This document shows, piece by piece, positions 39,501 to 51,664 of a DNA stretch of 64,000 nucleotides; the stretch's first letter is position 1; each line of letters starts with the position of its first letter. A program made the position numbers and the translations under genes. The notes under the pieces were generated by a model that saw only the letters and a program-made list of their open reading frames with translations, had not been told where the DNA came from and did not search any database. This DNA is from Balanoglossus misakiensis. Its lineage: Eukaryota > Animalia > Hemichordata. Location of the stretch: assembly GCA_040954595.2 (NCBI GenBank), contig CM082579.2:15786550-15850549 (forward strand), given 5' to 3'.

Positions 39501-42500
39501 AACACGCGTACAGAGACCACGTTGATCTACTCACATTTCCTTCGGCCTGGCACGGCTGATGCCCCGGCACTCTAGAGCAGAAACAGGCGTACATTGACCA
39601 CGTTGATCAAGTCAGATTTCCTACGGCGTGACTCGGCTGGTGCACCGGCTCTATATGACACAGACTGGCGTAAGTTATCAACGGTGATTACGTCGGATTT
39701 CCTACGGCCTGGTTTAGCTGAAGCACCGGCACTTTAGAGCGGAAACACGCGTACATTGACCACGATGATCAAGTCAGATCTCCTACGGCCTGGCTCAACT
39801 AAAACCCCGGCACACCATGACAGACACTAGCGTTCGTTAGCAACGGTGATCAAGTCGGATTTCCTTCGGCCTGGCTCTGCAAAAGACCCGACACTCTAGT
39901 ACAAAGACGTTGGCTAAGTCGGGCAAACCGAAGAGGGAAAGTCACAGCGGGTCAACACTCGACATTTGTTCGGGTAGGACTGCATTATTGCCTGTCAATT
40001 TATAGAGAAAGCTCGAATTTAACCAGGGCGTTTCAAACACCGACGTTAGTTGGGGGCACGGCCTGCAGTACTGCCGGGTAAGCTGACATCGGCGTACCGC
40101 ATGTAATGTAGGGGGGGGGGGGAAACAGAACGGTTCAATACTACATTTATCAGATATCAGCTAATTTTGGACAATCATCTTAAATATATCTAATTCATTT
40201 TTTCATATTTGGATATCTGATGATGTATGAAATTTCCATTATATGTAAAAATGGTGCTGATTATAAAAAATGCACTCTGAATGAGCTGATTTAATACAAA
40301 ATTGCGTTTTATTCGTTTTTGCACCAAAAAGGTCATTTTTAGGGAAAACATTCTTTATTTTTTTAATTCGGTGACCTGATCATATATAAACAATTGCTTG
40401 TATGTTAAAAGTTTTTATGACTTTAAAAAGCAGTGACACTGGCGGCATTCAACACGAAAATAACAATTTTAGCCACAATTTGGTCAAAATGGTAAATTTT
40501 TGAAAATTACAAAAAATACCTGTTTTCTACATTTTCGGAAATCTGATGGAGTATAGAATGCTCTTCGTATATATATATCGATACAAATTCCACAAAAAAA
40601 ACGGCCAATTTGGCTCACTGCAGACAAAATTGCGTTTTACCAAATTTTCCTTGAAAATGTCATTTTTAGAAAAAAATAAAAAACCTTTGTTCTTCGAATT
40701 TGGTGCCCTGATCATATATGACATGTTGATTGTATGTTAAAACTTTCGACCTCTCCAAAAATGCAGAGATATTGACGGAATTCAAGAAAAAATAGCCATT
40801 TTGGCCATATTTTGACAAAAATGGTAATTTTTTAAAAAATCATAAAAAATTAACTCTTTTCTTCATTTTCGGAAATATTATGGAGCATGAAGTGTCGTTC
40901 TCTTGTAAAAAGTGCTGCAAATTCCAGAAAAGGTGGTATAATTTGAATCACCCAAGACAAAATTACCATTTTCGACTTTTTTTCGAAAAATTGTCTTTTT
41001 TACAAAATAAATAAGAATAAATTCTTTTCTTAGTTTCAAACGGGTAGAGATACTTTCCACACGGGTTTTCTAACATTGAATTCCCGTTCATCAACTCAGA
41101 TTTCCTACAGCATAAGTCGGCTAAAACCCTGACACTCTAGAGCAGAAACAGTTGCACACTGGTAACGTTGAACAAGTCGATTTTTCTACGGCCTGGCTCG
41201 GCTAAATCTCCGTCACAATATGACAGACACTAGCGTATGTTAGCAACGGTGATCAAGTCAGATTTCCTACGGCCTGGTTTAGCTGAAGCCCCGGCACTTT
41301 AGAGCGGAAACACGCGTACATTGACCACGATGATCAAGTCAGATCTCCTACGGCCTGTCTCGACTAAAACCCCGGCACACCATGACAGACACTAGCGTTC
41401 GTTAGCAACGTTGATCAAGTCAGATTTCCTACGGCATGGCTTGGCTAAAGCCCTGGCACTCTAGAGCAGAAACACGCCTACAGAGACCACGTTGATCTAC
41501 TCACATTTCCTTCGGCCTGGCACGGCTGATGCCCTGTTACTATATATAGGACACAGACTGGCGTAAGTTAACAACGGTAATCACGTTGGGTTTCCTACGG
41601 CCTGGCTCAGCTGAAGCCCCGGCACTCTAGAGCAGAAACAGGCGTACATTGACCACGTTGATCAAGTCAGATTTCCTACGGCGTGACTCGGCTGGTGCAC
41701 CGGCTCTATATGACACAGACTGGCGTAAGTTATCAACGGTGATTACGTCGGATTTCCTACGGCCTGGTTTAGCTGAAGCCCCGGCACTTTAGAGCGGAAA
41801 CACGCGTACATTGACCACGATGATCAAGTCAGATCTCCTACGGCCTGGCTCGACTAAAACCCCGGCACACCATGACAGACACTAGCGTTCGTTAGCAACG
41901 GTGATCAAGTCGGATTTCCGTCGGCCTGGCTCTGCAAAAGACCCGACACTCTAGTACAAAGACGTTGGCTAAGTCGGGCAAACCGAAGAGGGAAAGTCAC
42001 AGCTGGTCAATACTCGACATTTGTTCGGGTAGGACTGCATTATTGCCTGTCAATTTATTGAGAAAGCCCGAATTAAACCCGGGCGTTTCAAACACCGACG
42101 TTAGTTGGGGTCACGGCCTGCAGTACTGCCGGGTAAGCTGACATCGGCGTACCGCATATAATGTAGGGGGGGGGGGAACAGAACGGTTCAATACTACATT
42201 TATTAGATATCAGCTAATTTTCGACAATCATCTAAAATCTAAATCATTTTTTCATATTTGGATATCTGATGATGTATGAAATTTCCATTATATGTAAAAA
42301 TGGTGCTGATTATAAAAAATGCACTCTGAATGAGCTGATTTTTAGTCAAAACATTCTTTATTTTTTAATTCGGTGACCTGATCATATATAAACAATTGCT
42401 TGTATGTTAAAAGTTTTTATGACTTTTAAAAGCAGTGACACTGGCGGCATTCATCACGAAAATAACAATTTTAGCCACAATTTGGTCAAAATGGTAATTT

Positions 42501-45500
42501 TTGGAAAGTTACAAAAAATACCTGTTTTCTACATTTTCGGAAATCTGATGGAGTATAGAATGCTCTTCGTATGTATATATCGATACAAATTCCACAAAAG
42601 ACCGTCTAATTTGGCTCACTGCAGACAAAATTGCGTTTTACCAAATTTTCCTTGAAAATGTCATTTTTAGAAAAAAAAATAAAAAAACCTTTGTTTTTCG
42701 AATTTGGTGCCCTGATCATATATGACATGTTGATTGTATGTTCAAACTCTCGACCACTCCAAAAATGGTAAATTTTTGAAAAATCATAAAAAAATTAACT
42801 CTTTTCTTCATTTTCGGAAATATTATGGAGCATGAAGTGTCGTTCTCTTGTAAAAAGTGCTGCAAATTCCAGAAAAGGCGGTATAATTTGAATCACCCAA
42901 GACAAAATTGCAATTTTTGGACTTTTTTTCGAAAAATTGTCTTTTTTACAAAATAAATAAGAATAAATTCTTTTCTTAGTTTCAAACGGGTAGAGATACT
43001 TTCCACACTGGTTTTCTAACATTGAATTCGCGTTCATCAACTCAGATTTCCTACAGCATAAGTCGGCTAAAACCCTGACACTCTAGAGCAGAAACAGTTG
43101 CACACTGGTAACGTTGAACAAGTCGATTTTTCTACGGCCTGGCTCGGCTAAATCTCCGTCACAATATGACAGACACTAGCGTACGTTAGCAACGGTGATC
43201 AAGTCAGATTTTCTACGGCATGGCTTGGATAAAGCCCCGGCACTCTAGAGCAGAAACACGCGTACAGAGACCACGTTGATCAAGTCTGATCTCCTACGGC
43301 TTGGCTCGACTAAAACCCCGGCACACTATGACAGACACTAGCGTTCGTTAGCAACGTTGATCAAGTCAGATTTCCTACGGCATGGCTTGGCTAAAGCCCT
43401 GGCACTCTAGAGCAGAAACACGCGTACAGAGACCACGTTGATCTACTCACATTTCCTTCGGCCTGGCACGGCTGATGCCCCGGCACTATATATAGGACAC
43501 AGACTGGCGTAAGTTAACAACGGTAATCACGTCGGGTTTCCTACGGCCTGGCTCAGCTGAAGCCCCGGCACTCTAGAGCAGAAACAGGCGTACATTGACC
43601 ACGTTGATCAAGTCAGATTTCCTACGGCGTGACTCGGCTGGTGCACCGGCTCTATATGACACAGACAGGCGTAAGTTATCAACGGTGATTACGTCGGATT
43701 TCCTTCGGCCTGGTTTAGCTGAAGCCCCGGCACTTTAGAGCGGAAACACGCGTACATTGACCACGATGATCAAGTCAGATCTCCTACGGCCTGGCCCGAC
43801 TAAAACCCCGGCACACCATGACAGACACTAGCGTTCGTTAGCAACGGTGATCAAGTCGGATTTCCTTCGGCCTGGCTCTGCAAAAGACCCGACACTCTAG
43901 TACAAAGACGTTGGCTAAGTCGGGCAAACCGAACAGGGAAAGTCACAGCGGGTCAACACTCGACATTTGTTCCGGGAGGACTGCATTATTGCCTGTCAAT
44001 TTATAGAGAAAGCCCGAATTTAACCAGGGCGTTTCAAACACCGACGTTAGTTGGGGGCACGGCCTGCAGTACTGCCGGGTAAGCTGACATCAGCGTACCG
44101 CATATAATGTAGGGGGGGGGGAACAGAACGGTTAAATACTACATTTATCAGATATCAGCTAATTTTGGACAATCATCTAAAATGTAAATCATCTTTTCAT
44201 ATTTGGATATCTGATGATGATGTATGACATTTCCATTATATGTAAAAATGGTGCTGATTATAAAAATGCACTCTGAATGAGCTGATTTAATGCAAAATTG
44301 CGTTTTATTCGTTTTTGCACCAAAAAAGTCATTTTTAGGCAAAACATTCTTTATTTTTTTAATTCGGTGACCTGATCATATATAAACAATTGCTTGTATG
44401 TTAAAAGTTTTTATGACTTTTAAAAGCAGTGACACTGGCGGCATTCAACACGAAAATAACAATTTTAGCCACAATTTGGTCAAAATGGTAAATTTTTGAA
44501 AATTACAAAAAATACCTGTTTTCTACATTTTCGGAAATCTGATGGAGTATAGAATGCTCTTCGTATGTGTATATATCGATACAAATTCCACAAAAGACCG
44601 TCTAATTTGGCTCACTGCAGACAAAATTGCGTTTTACAAAATTTTCCTTGAAAATGTCATTTTTAGAAAAAAAAAATAAAAAAAACTTTTATCTTCGAAT
44701 TTGGTGCCCTGATCATATATGACATGTTGATTGTATGTTAAAACTTTCGACCACTCCAAAAATGCAGAGATATTGACGGAATTCAAGAAATAATAGCCAT
44801 TTTGGCCATATTTTGACAAAAATGGTAAATTTTTAAAAAAATCATAAAAAATTAACTCTTTTCTTCATTTTCGGAAATATTATGGAGCATGAAGTGTCGT
44901 TCTCTTGTAAAAAGTGCTGCAAATTCCAGAAAAGGCGGTATAATTTGAATCACCCAAGACAAAATTACCATTTTCGAATTTTTTTCGAAAAATTGTCTTT
45001 TTTACAAAATAAATAAGAATTAATTCTTTTCTTAGTTTCAAACGGGTAGAGATACTTTCCACACGGGTTTTCTAACATTGAATTCCCGTTCATCAACTCA
45101 GATTTCCTACAGCATAAGTCGGCTAAAACCCTGAGACTTTAGAGCAGAAACAGTTGCACACTGGTAACGTTGAACAAGTCGATTTTTCTACGGCCTGGCT
45201 CGGCTAAATCTCCGTCACAATATGACAGACACTATCGTACGTTAGCAACGGTGATCAAGTCAGATTTTCTACGGCATGGCTTGGATAAAGCCCCGGCACT
45301 CTAGAGCAGAAACACGCGTACAGAGACCACGTTGATCTACTCACATTTCCTTCGGCCTGACACGGCTGATGCCCCGGCACTATATATAGGACACAGACTG
45401 GCGTAAGTTAACAACGGTAATCACGTCGGGTTTCCTACGGCCTGGCTCAGCTGAAGCCCCGGCGCTCTAGAGCAGAAACAGGCGTACATTGACCACGTTG

Positions 45501-45926
45501 ATCAAGTCAGATTTCCTACGGCGTGACTCGGCTGGTGCACCGGCTCTATATGACACAGACTGGCGTAAGTTATCAACGGTGATTACGTCGGATTTCCTAC
45601 GGCCTGGTTTAGCTGAAGCCCCGGCACTTTAGAGCGGAAACACGCGTACATTGACCACGATGATCAAGTCAGATCTCCTACGGCCTGGCTCGACTAAAAC
45701 CCCGGCACACCATGACAGACTATGGAAAGCCGTTGGGGACCCCCGACAACTTCTCTCAATACATGGGTAAAGTCCATAGACAAATGATAGGAACGCATAT
45801 GCTGAAAATATGACGCACATTGGGTGCCGACGCCATAATCTAAAATGCCGGTAACAACCAAATTTTTGCCGACACCTTTACTCAATCTACCGGCGCCGAC
45901 AAAATCACAACCGGTGATTTGATGAG

Positions 45927-46308
45927 TTCTCGCATCGGCGTTTCTACAGAGTTGTCGCATCGGCGTTTCAGCTAGAGTTTTCTCGCATCGGCGTTTCTGG
46001 AGAGTTTTCTCGCACCGGCATTCTACACATGCGCATTGGCGTTTCAGCTAAAGAGTTTTCTCGCATCGGCGTTTCTGGAGAGTTTTGTCGCACCGGCATT
46101 CTACACATGCGCATTGGCGTTTCAGCTAAAGAGTTTTCTCGCATCGGCGTTTCTGGAGAGTTTTGTCGCGCCGGCATTCTACACATGCGCATTGGCGTTT
46201 CAGCTAAAGAGTTTTCTCGCATCGGCGTTTCTGGAGAGTTTTGTCGCGCCGGCATTCTACACATGCGCATTGGCGTTTCAGCTAAAGAGTTTTCCCGCAT
46301 CGGCGTTT
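45927..46308. repeat. CpG-rich subterminal tandem repeat, 78-bp period, ~4-5 copies, built on a CGCATCGGCGTTTC motif
   Basis: TTCTACACATGCGCATTGGCG recurs at 46021, 46099, 46177 and 46255; shorter motif copies precede it. Confidence 0.95.
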
Positions 46309-46333
46309 TCTCTGATTTTCTGAGCATGCGCAG

Positions 46334-48389
46334 TCACCACTGCAAACAGAACTTGTGGAGCGAAGTTGTAGTGAAGGTAAGAAAAGTTATGTTCGTTTGT
46401 CAAGTCTTTTCCGCTAGTTTCCTGCGAATTCACTGTCTCGTCTGTGTTATCTTTTTTTAAATAACTGTTTCCTAAACTCTTTTCGTGAAAAATTCTCTGG
46501 TTAGTTTACGTATTTCAGCCGATCATCCACAGAGAAGTTCTCAACTTGAAATGATTGCTGTTGATATGCTAATATGGCGCTCGCACGAAGTTAACTGAAT
46601 GTCCATTTTGGGTGAGGGTCAGAGTTCGCTGGCTGGCTGTGTGGAAATCTTACTGGTACTCCTTGGAAAAGTGGCTGCAATTTGTAAACGGACAAAAAAT
46701 TTTGTTCAGGAATTTAGTTTGGGAACAGAAAATAGTAAGTTCAGGGAGGTATAGGTCATTTTTTACTGTTCAAATGTTAACCCAAGTTGGGTTCCTGTTG
46801 GGAGTCCATAGCTGTTTGTTTTATGAGCCTACAGATAGTGAAACTGATAGTGACACAGCTGAAAAAACATGGGTTGATCACATTATTGGTTGGTTTCTAT
46901 GGACACCTGCATTTCAATTAGATGTGATGTTCTTGTTTTCATGTATAATGTTTGCCCCAATTTCGACTATGATATTTCACACTTGAATAAGGTATGATAA
47001 AATAAACAAATTTTGACAGTTAAGTTTACTACAGAAATTAAATTAAAAGAAACTTCATCAAGTCATAGAAGTCGCCAGATTTCATAACCGTTCATAGATT
47101 CCTGTCTGGGACAAATATAACCCAATTTGTTTCCATGTTTTTTGTTTTTCTAGTATTGATGCGATAAGCCTGTTGTATATGTAATACTTGTCTGTGCAAT
47201 TTTTGAGAACAATTCACCACTGCAAACAGAACTTGTGGAGCGAAGTTGTAGTGAAGGTAAGAACAGTTATGTTCGTTTGTCAAGTCTTTTCCGCTAGTTT
47301 CCTGCGAATCCACTGTCTCGTCTGTGTTATCTTTTTTAATTTACTGTTTCCTAAACTCTTTTCGTGAACAAATTCTCTGGTTAGTTTACGTATTTCAGCC
47401 GATCATCCACAGAGAAAGTTCTCAACTTGAAATGATTGCTATTGATATGCTAATATGGCGCTCGCACGAAGTTAACTGAATGTCCATTTTGGGTGAGGGT
47501 CAGAGTTCGCTGGCTGGCTGTGTGGAAATCTAACTGGTACTCCTTGGAAAAGTGGCTGCAATTTGTAAACGGACAAGAAATTTTGTTCAGGAATTTAGTT
47601 TGGGAACAGAAAATAGTCAGTTCAGGGAGGTATAGGTCATTTTTTACTGTTCAAATGTTAACCCAAGTTGGGTTCCTGTTGGGAGTCCATAGCTGTTTGT
47701 TTTATGAGCCTACAGATAGTGAAACTGATAGTGACACAGCTGAAAAAACATGGGTTGATTACATTATTGGTTGGTTTCTATGGACACCTGCATTTCAATT
47801 AGATGTGGTGTTCTTGTTTTCATGTATAATGTTTGCACCTAAAGTGGTAAATTTAGGAACAAGTCTGCAGACCTTTTTCAGCAACAGTCAAAACGCAACT
47901 GTGTCATAATAATGCACTGGAATATGTTGAAAAGCTGAAAAAAAGAGAGTTCAACATAATTTAGAAAAGAACAAAAAGAAATGTAACGGATGATATACAC
48001 TGTCATGGAATCTCCATGAATTTGATTGAACTCTTTATTTGAACTTTGACTTTTTTTTCTAATGACATTCATGTAAATTTACATGATTTATTCCGATTTA
48101 CCAACCAATTTATAAACTGTAATTTTTTTCACTATAATGCCCCAAGTTCGACTATGATATTTCACATTTGAATAAGGTATGATAAAATAAACAACTTTTG
48201 ACAGTTAAGTTTACTACAGAAATTAAAAGAAACTTCATCAAGAAGTCGCCAGATTTCATAACCGTTCATAGATTTCTGTCTGGGACAAATATAACCCAAT
48301 TTGTTTCCATGTTTATTTGTTTTTCTAGTTTTGATGCAATAAGCCTGTTGTATATGTAATACTTGTCTGTGCATTTTTTGAGAACAATT
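46334..48389. repeat. Diverged tandem duplication (46334-47213 and 47214-48389) containing a candidate non-coding first exon
   Basis: TCACCACTGCAAACAGAAC...GAGAACAATT occurs twice; copy 2 has ~300 extra bp (~47836-48138). Each copy has a strong donor GAAG|GTAAG (46377, 47257). Confidence 0.92.
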
Positions 48390-48559
48390 AGAATTTCCTA
48401 CCAAAATGGTAATAAACTGATAAAATGAACAATCTAACAATTCAGATATTTTCCAATATAATTAGGATACAGTTAGGCCCTGAGCTATTCAGTTTGTGTC
48501 GATATACAACTAAACTGATACAATACTGGTGTTATACCTTTGTTACACTTGCAGACATC

Positions 48560-49846
48560 ATGTTACTGGCCCAAAAATTGCAAACTTGATATAGAAACCA
48601 AGACACTGTAGCAAATGATGTCATCCTTCGCTTCAGAGATGGTCAGACGAGAAGGGCCCATTCATTGGTGTTGTGTCTTTTTTCGGATGTGTTTGCCGCC
48701 CGTTTGCATTCGGAATGATCCAACGACAAAACCATTGATTGTTCTGACTTTGATCCCTTACTCATGCAAAATGTCATTGATGATTTTTATTTTGAAAAGT
48801 TAAATATTACAAGTGAAAATGTTGAAGATTATGTGGAGATATGTAACTTTTACATGATAAATTCTTTAAAAGAGAAATGTGAATCATTTTTAATTTCCAA
48901 CATTGTAACTTCCCGCAGTATTAGAGACCTTGTATTTTGTCAGAAATACCAGTTAGATAGTACTTTTGAACACTGTCTGTCAATAATTGATCAGAATGGT
49001 GTTAAACTGTTTAATTCTGAGCAAGTTTTGGAAGATTTTCTTCAACTTCCTGAAAGCATAGTTGTAAAAATAATTCAGCGTCAGACGCTTTCGGTAAAGG
49101 AAGACACACTTTTGAATGCATTGTTTTTATGGGTGGAAAGGAAACTTCAGGGTGTCAATGGCAATGATATGGATGCCCCCTTTTGTTTTGAGCCATTTCT
49201 TCCCCACATCCGTTTCTTGTCGTTAAGTGAAGAAAGTATTCATCGACTAATTTCTGAACAAATTTTGTGTTATGAAGATGTCTTCCAGATATTAAAAGCA
49301 GTTCGACATCCTGGATGCAATTTTCCTGTTCCTGGTTATGTGGATGTAATCACAAGAAATGTGGTTCCAAATAATGCCATTGTGGCGCGGCGTTTCATCA
49401 ATGAAAAAAATCCAAACACATGGAAAGGAAACCAATTTGAGGGTGACAGGATTTCCTTTTCAGTGGATGTTCCTGTCTCACTGCTAGGTGTTTATGTGTT
49501 TGGAAATACAGATGAAAGTGTCCATGCTCATGTCACAATATTAAATCATCAACAAGCTGTTGTGTACAATACAGAAGCCTCAAACACTTCCCCCCAGATT
49601 ACCTTTCCTGTTGTCTTCAGTAAGCTGATTAAAATCCAACCCAATGTAGATTATTCAGTTGTCTGTCAAATCAGAGGAAATAAAGAAACATCATTCGGGT
49701 CATGTGGGATCTCTCGCCGAAGAATCACAACATTAAAAAGTACTGATTTCTGGGTGACATTTAAAAATTTCAGTATGCAAGGTCTGAGCAATGGCACAGA
49801 TGTCAGTCAGGGGCAAATCTCATCACTAATATTATTTGATATATAA
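48560..49846 (+). pseudogene. Intronless BTB-BACK-PHR domain gene (BTBD1/2/3/6-like Cullin3 adaptor architecture) with two in-frame TGA codons
   Basis: ATG 48560 is in frame with the 360-aa ORF at 48764. BTB start DVILRFRDG...AHSLVLCLFSDVFAARL; BACK FLQLP...LSVKEDTLLNALFLWVE...LPHIRF; PHR RRF...DRISFSVD...LLGVYVFG...SNGTDVSQGQI. TGA at 48587 and 48716. Acceptor TTGCAG 5 nt before the ATG; AATAAA at the stop. Confidence 0.85.
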
Positions 49847-49958
49847 ATAAAGGTGTTGTTTGGCAGGACATGGTGTATTGGTTTCTGGCACCCATCTTGA
49901 CTGAAAGAATTTTGATGAAATCAATTTGTAATTCTTGAGGGATGATATGTGTTTTACC

Positions 49959-50260
49959 AGGTCCCATTTGGTATATGCATATATACCATTGGAACCTTAT
50001 GGGATTGGTTGCGTCTGTAATAGTATTTATCAGAAATTTCATTTGAGGGTGTGCATCAGATGTAGTTTCCTTGATTTTGTTTTTCAAATCAAGGGGAAGA
50101 AATCAATTGTATATTTTTGGGATGATTTAGGACATTCTTGGTCAAAAAATATTTCTCAAAAGCCTCTACCCTGATTGCTTTGAAATTTGCAGACCCTTTA
50201 ATGAAAGTGTAGATTTCGTATTCTTGTGGCTGTTTTTTTCCATTTTTGGTACAAAAATCA
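49959..50260 (+). mobile_element. Decayed Helentron-associated (HINE/DINE-like) non-autonomous element fragment
   Basis: 5' hairpin AGGTCCCATTTGGTATA...TATACCATTGGAACCT followed by TATGGGATTGGTTG, homologous to the start of the 53486 element. The right boundary is approximate. Confidence 0.5.
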
Positions 50261-51664
50261 ATTTCTCTGAAACGGGTTGTCCATCCAATTGCTTTGCAAT
50301 TTACTAAATGTAGTTTCCTTTGGGGATTGTTATTATGATATATCAAAATTATAGTGAAAATGAAAATCTTGTATTTTTGTATTATGTTTTCTAGGTTTCC
50401 ATGTATTAGTTGATATCAGAAAGTTTTCAATTGATTTCTGTAAAATTTGAGTTGTGAGTCAACGGGATGTGCTCCTTTATAATTATAATGGGATCAAATC
50501 AAAGTAAAATTTGAATTGTTGTATTTTATGACATTTTGTCTTATACATTTACCACAATTTTTTTTATCTCAAGCAGAAAAATATCCTGAACATTGTTCTT
50601 TGCAAGTTAGATGAAATCCCCTAATGAGTTTTTTTACACAGAAAATGTCTACATGTTTATATAACTTAGCCCATCTGTCAAGAGACAGTTCTATTTGCTG
50701 TTCTATTTGGTGTGTGCACAGTACACATGCCATTGGCAGCTCACGAGTCAGTCAATGGCCAGTCAGTGTTTGCCTGTTGATCTGTGTGTGTGTATTCTGG
50801 TGAAAACCTTTCCTTCCGTAATCCTTAAACGGGACCACACTGTCCTTGACGGTATTTTTCTCTTTGATTCTGAAATTGTCATGATAATTCCAGGCCCTTA
50901 CACTATAGGCACTTTGCAAATGTTAGCAGCTGAGTTATCGAACCCTATCAAAATACCTAAACTGTTTCTTTTGCTACTTACAACATATGTCTGTGACAAA
51001 TACTGCTTCATCATTTTATTATATAAATGCTCAATTGCAACACTGATTTGAGAGAAATGTATCTTGGCTTATTTTATAGTTCTGTAAATAATTTCCAAGT
51101 ACATGTAGTACTGTTGACAAAATTTGATTAACTACTGCTTTATACTGTCATGGGCACCAACTCCGTCAATTATATGTGATTGAACTGCCAGTATGAACTC
51201 TCATAAACCGCCACATTTCCACTCCACTATGACCAATTGATCTGAGTGAAACGGCGTCGCAATGAAATTTGGACTGTCATAAGCCATATATCACATGTAA
51301 GCAATATGGATGATTTCAATGCTTCTTTATGCTTTGTATTGTGTAAAGCTCTGTTGTGTCAGCTAGTTTCTGGTTTGAGTCTAGTCATGGATTTCATTGT
51401 TAATACATGATGCGATTGCTGTTATCATAGAAAATAGAGTTCAAGTCAACAACAGCCTTTAAACATATGCATACTGTGTCTTCTAGCAGAATACTTGGTG
51501 TATAAAAGCACTTTTGACAACTTGTATGGCATTTATATTCTACTGGGTGTATCAACTAATAGTTTGTTCTATTGGCGGCAGCATGTAGAAATGTTCAGTG
51601 TTGCCAGTAGGAGATGAGGTACAACAGATAGTTATTTTATGTTATGCTTTTAATATCATTTCAG

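Larger units (their letters stand above)
1..45720. repeat. Composite tandem satellite (macrosatellite), ~2.05 kb unit, interrupted by two retroelement insertions
   Basis: The landmark ...ACCGCATATAATGTA(G)nACAGAACGGTTCAATAC recurs 19 times (poly-G near 1171, 2731, 5266, 6826, 9359, 10920, 12972, 15030, 17080, 19138, 21188, 23403, 25852, 28238, 30296, 38315, 40111, 42166, 44112), with modal spacing 2050-2058 bp. Each unit has a GC-rich subrepeat block, a unique ~230-bp segment and an AT-rich block. The array starts before the window and ends abruptly at 45720. Confidence 0.98.

Noticed and set aside
1002-45062. Recurrent short minus-strand ORFs (MNRSVPPP..., MSKYGQNG..., MESISTRL...) as a tandem gene family
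   Set aside because: They are translations of the satellite; frames open and close with homopolymer length changes, and there is no domain or splice-structure support.
45968-46460. Repetitive ORFs (ETPMRENS..., MRIGVSAKEF...) as repeat proteins
   Set aside because: A 78-bp period keeps several frames open on both strands; best explained as non-coding tandem repeat.
48587-48718. Selenocysteine or alternative genetic code for the two TGA codons
   Set aside because: TGG is used for Trp elsewhere in the same gene, the neighbouring gene terminates at TGA, BTB proteins are not known selenoproteins, and I could not identify a SECIS.
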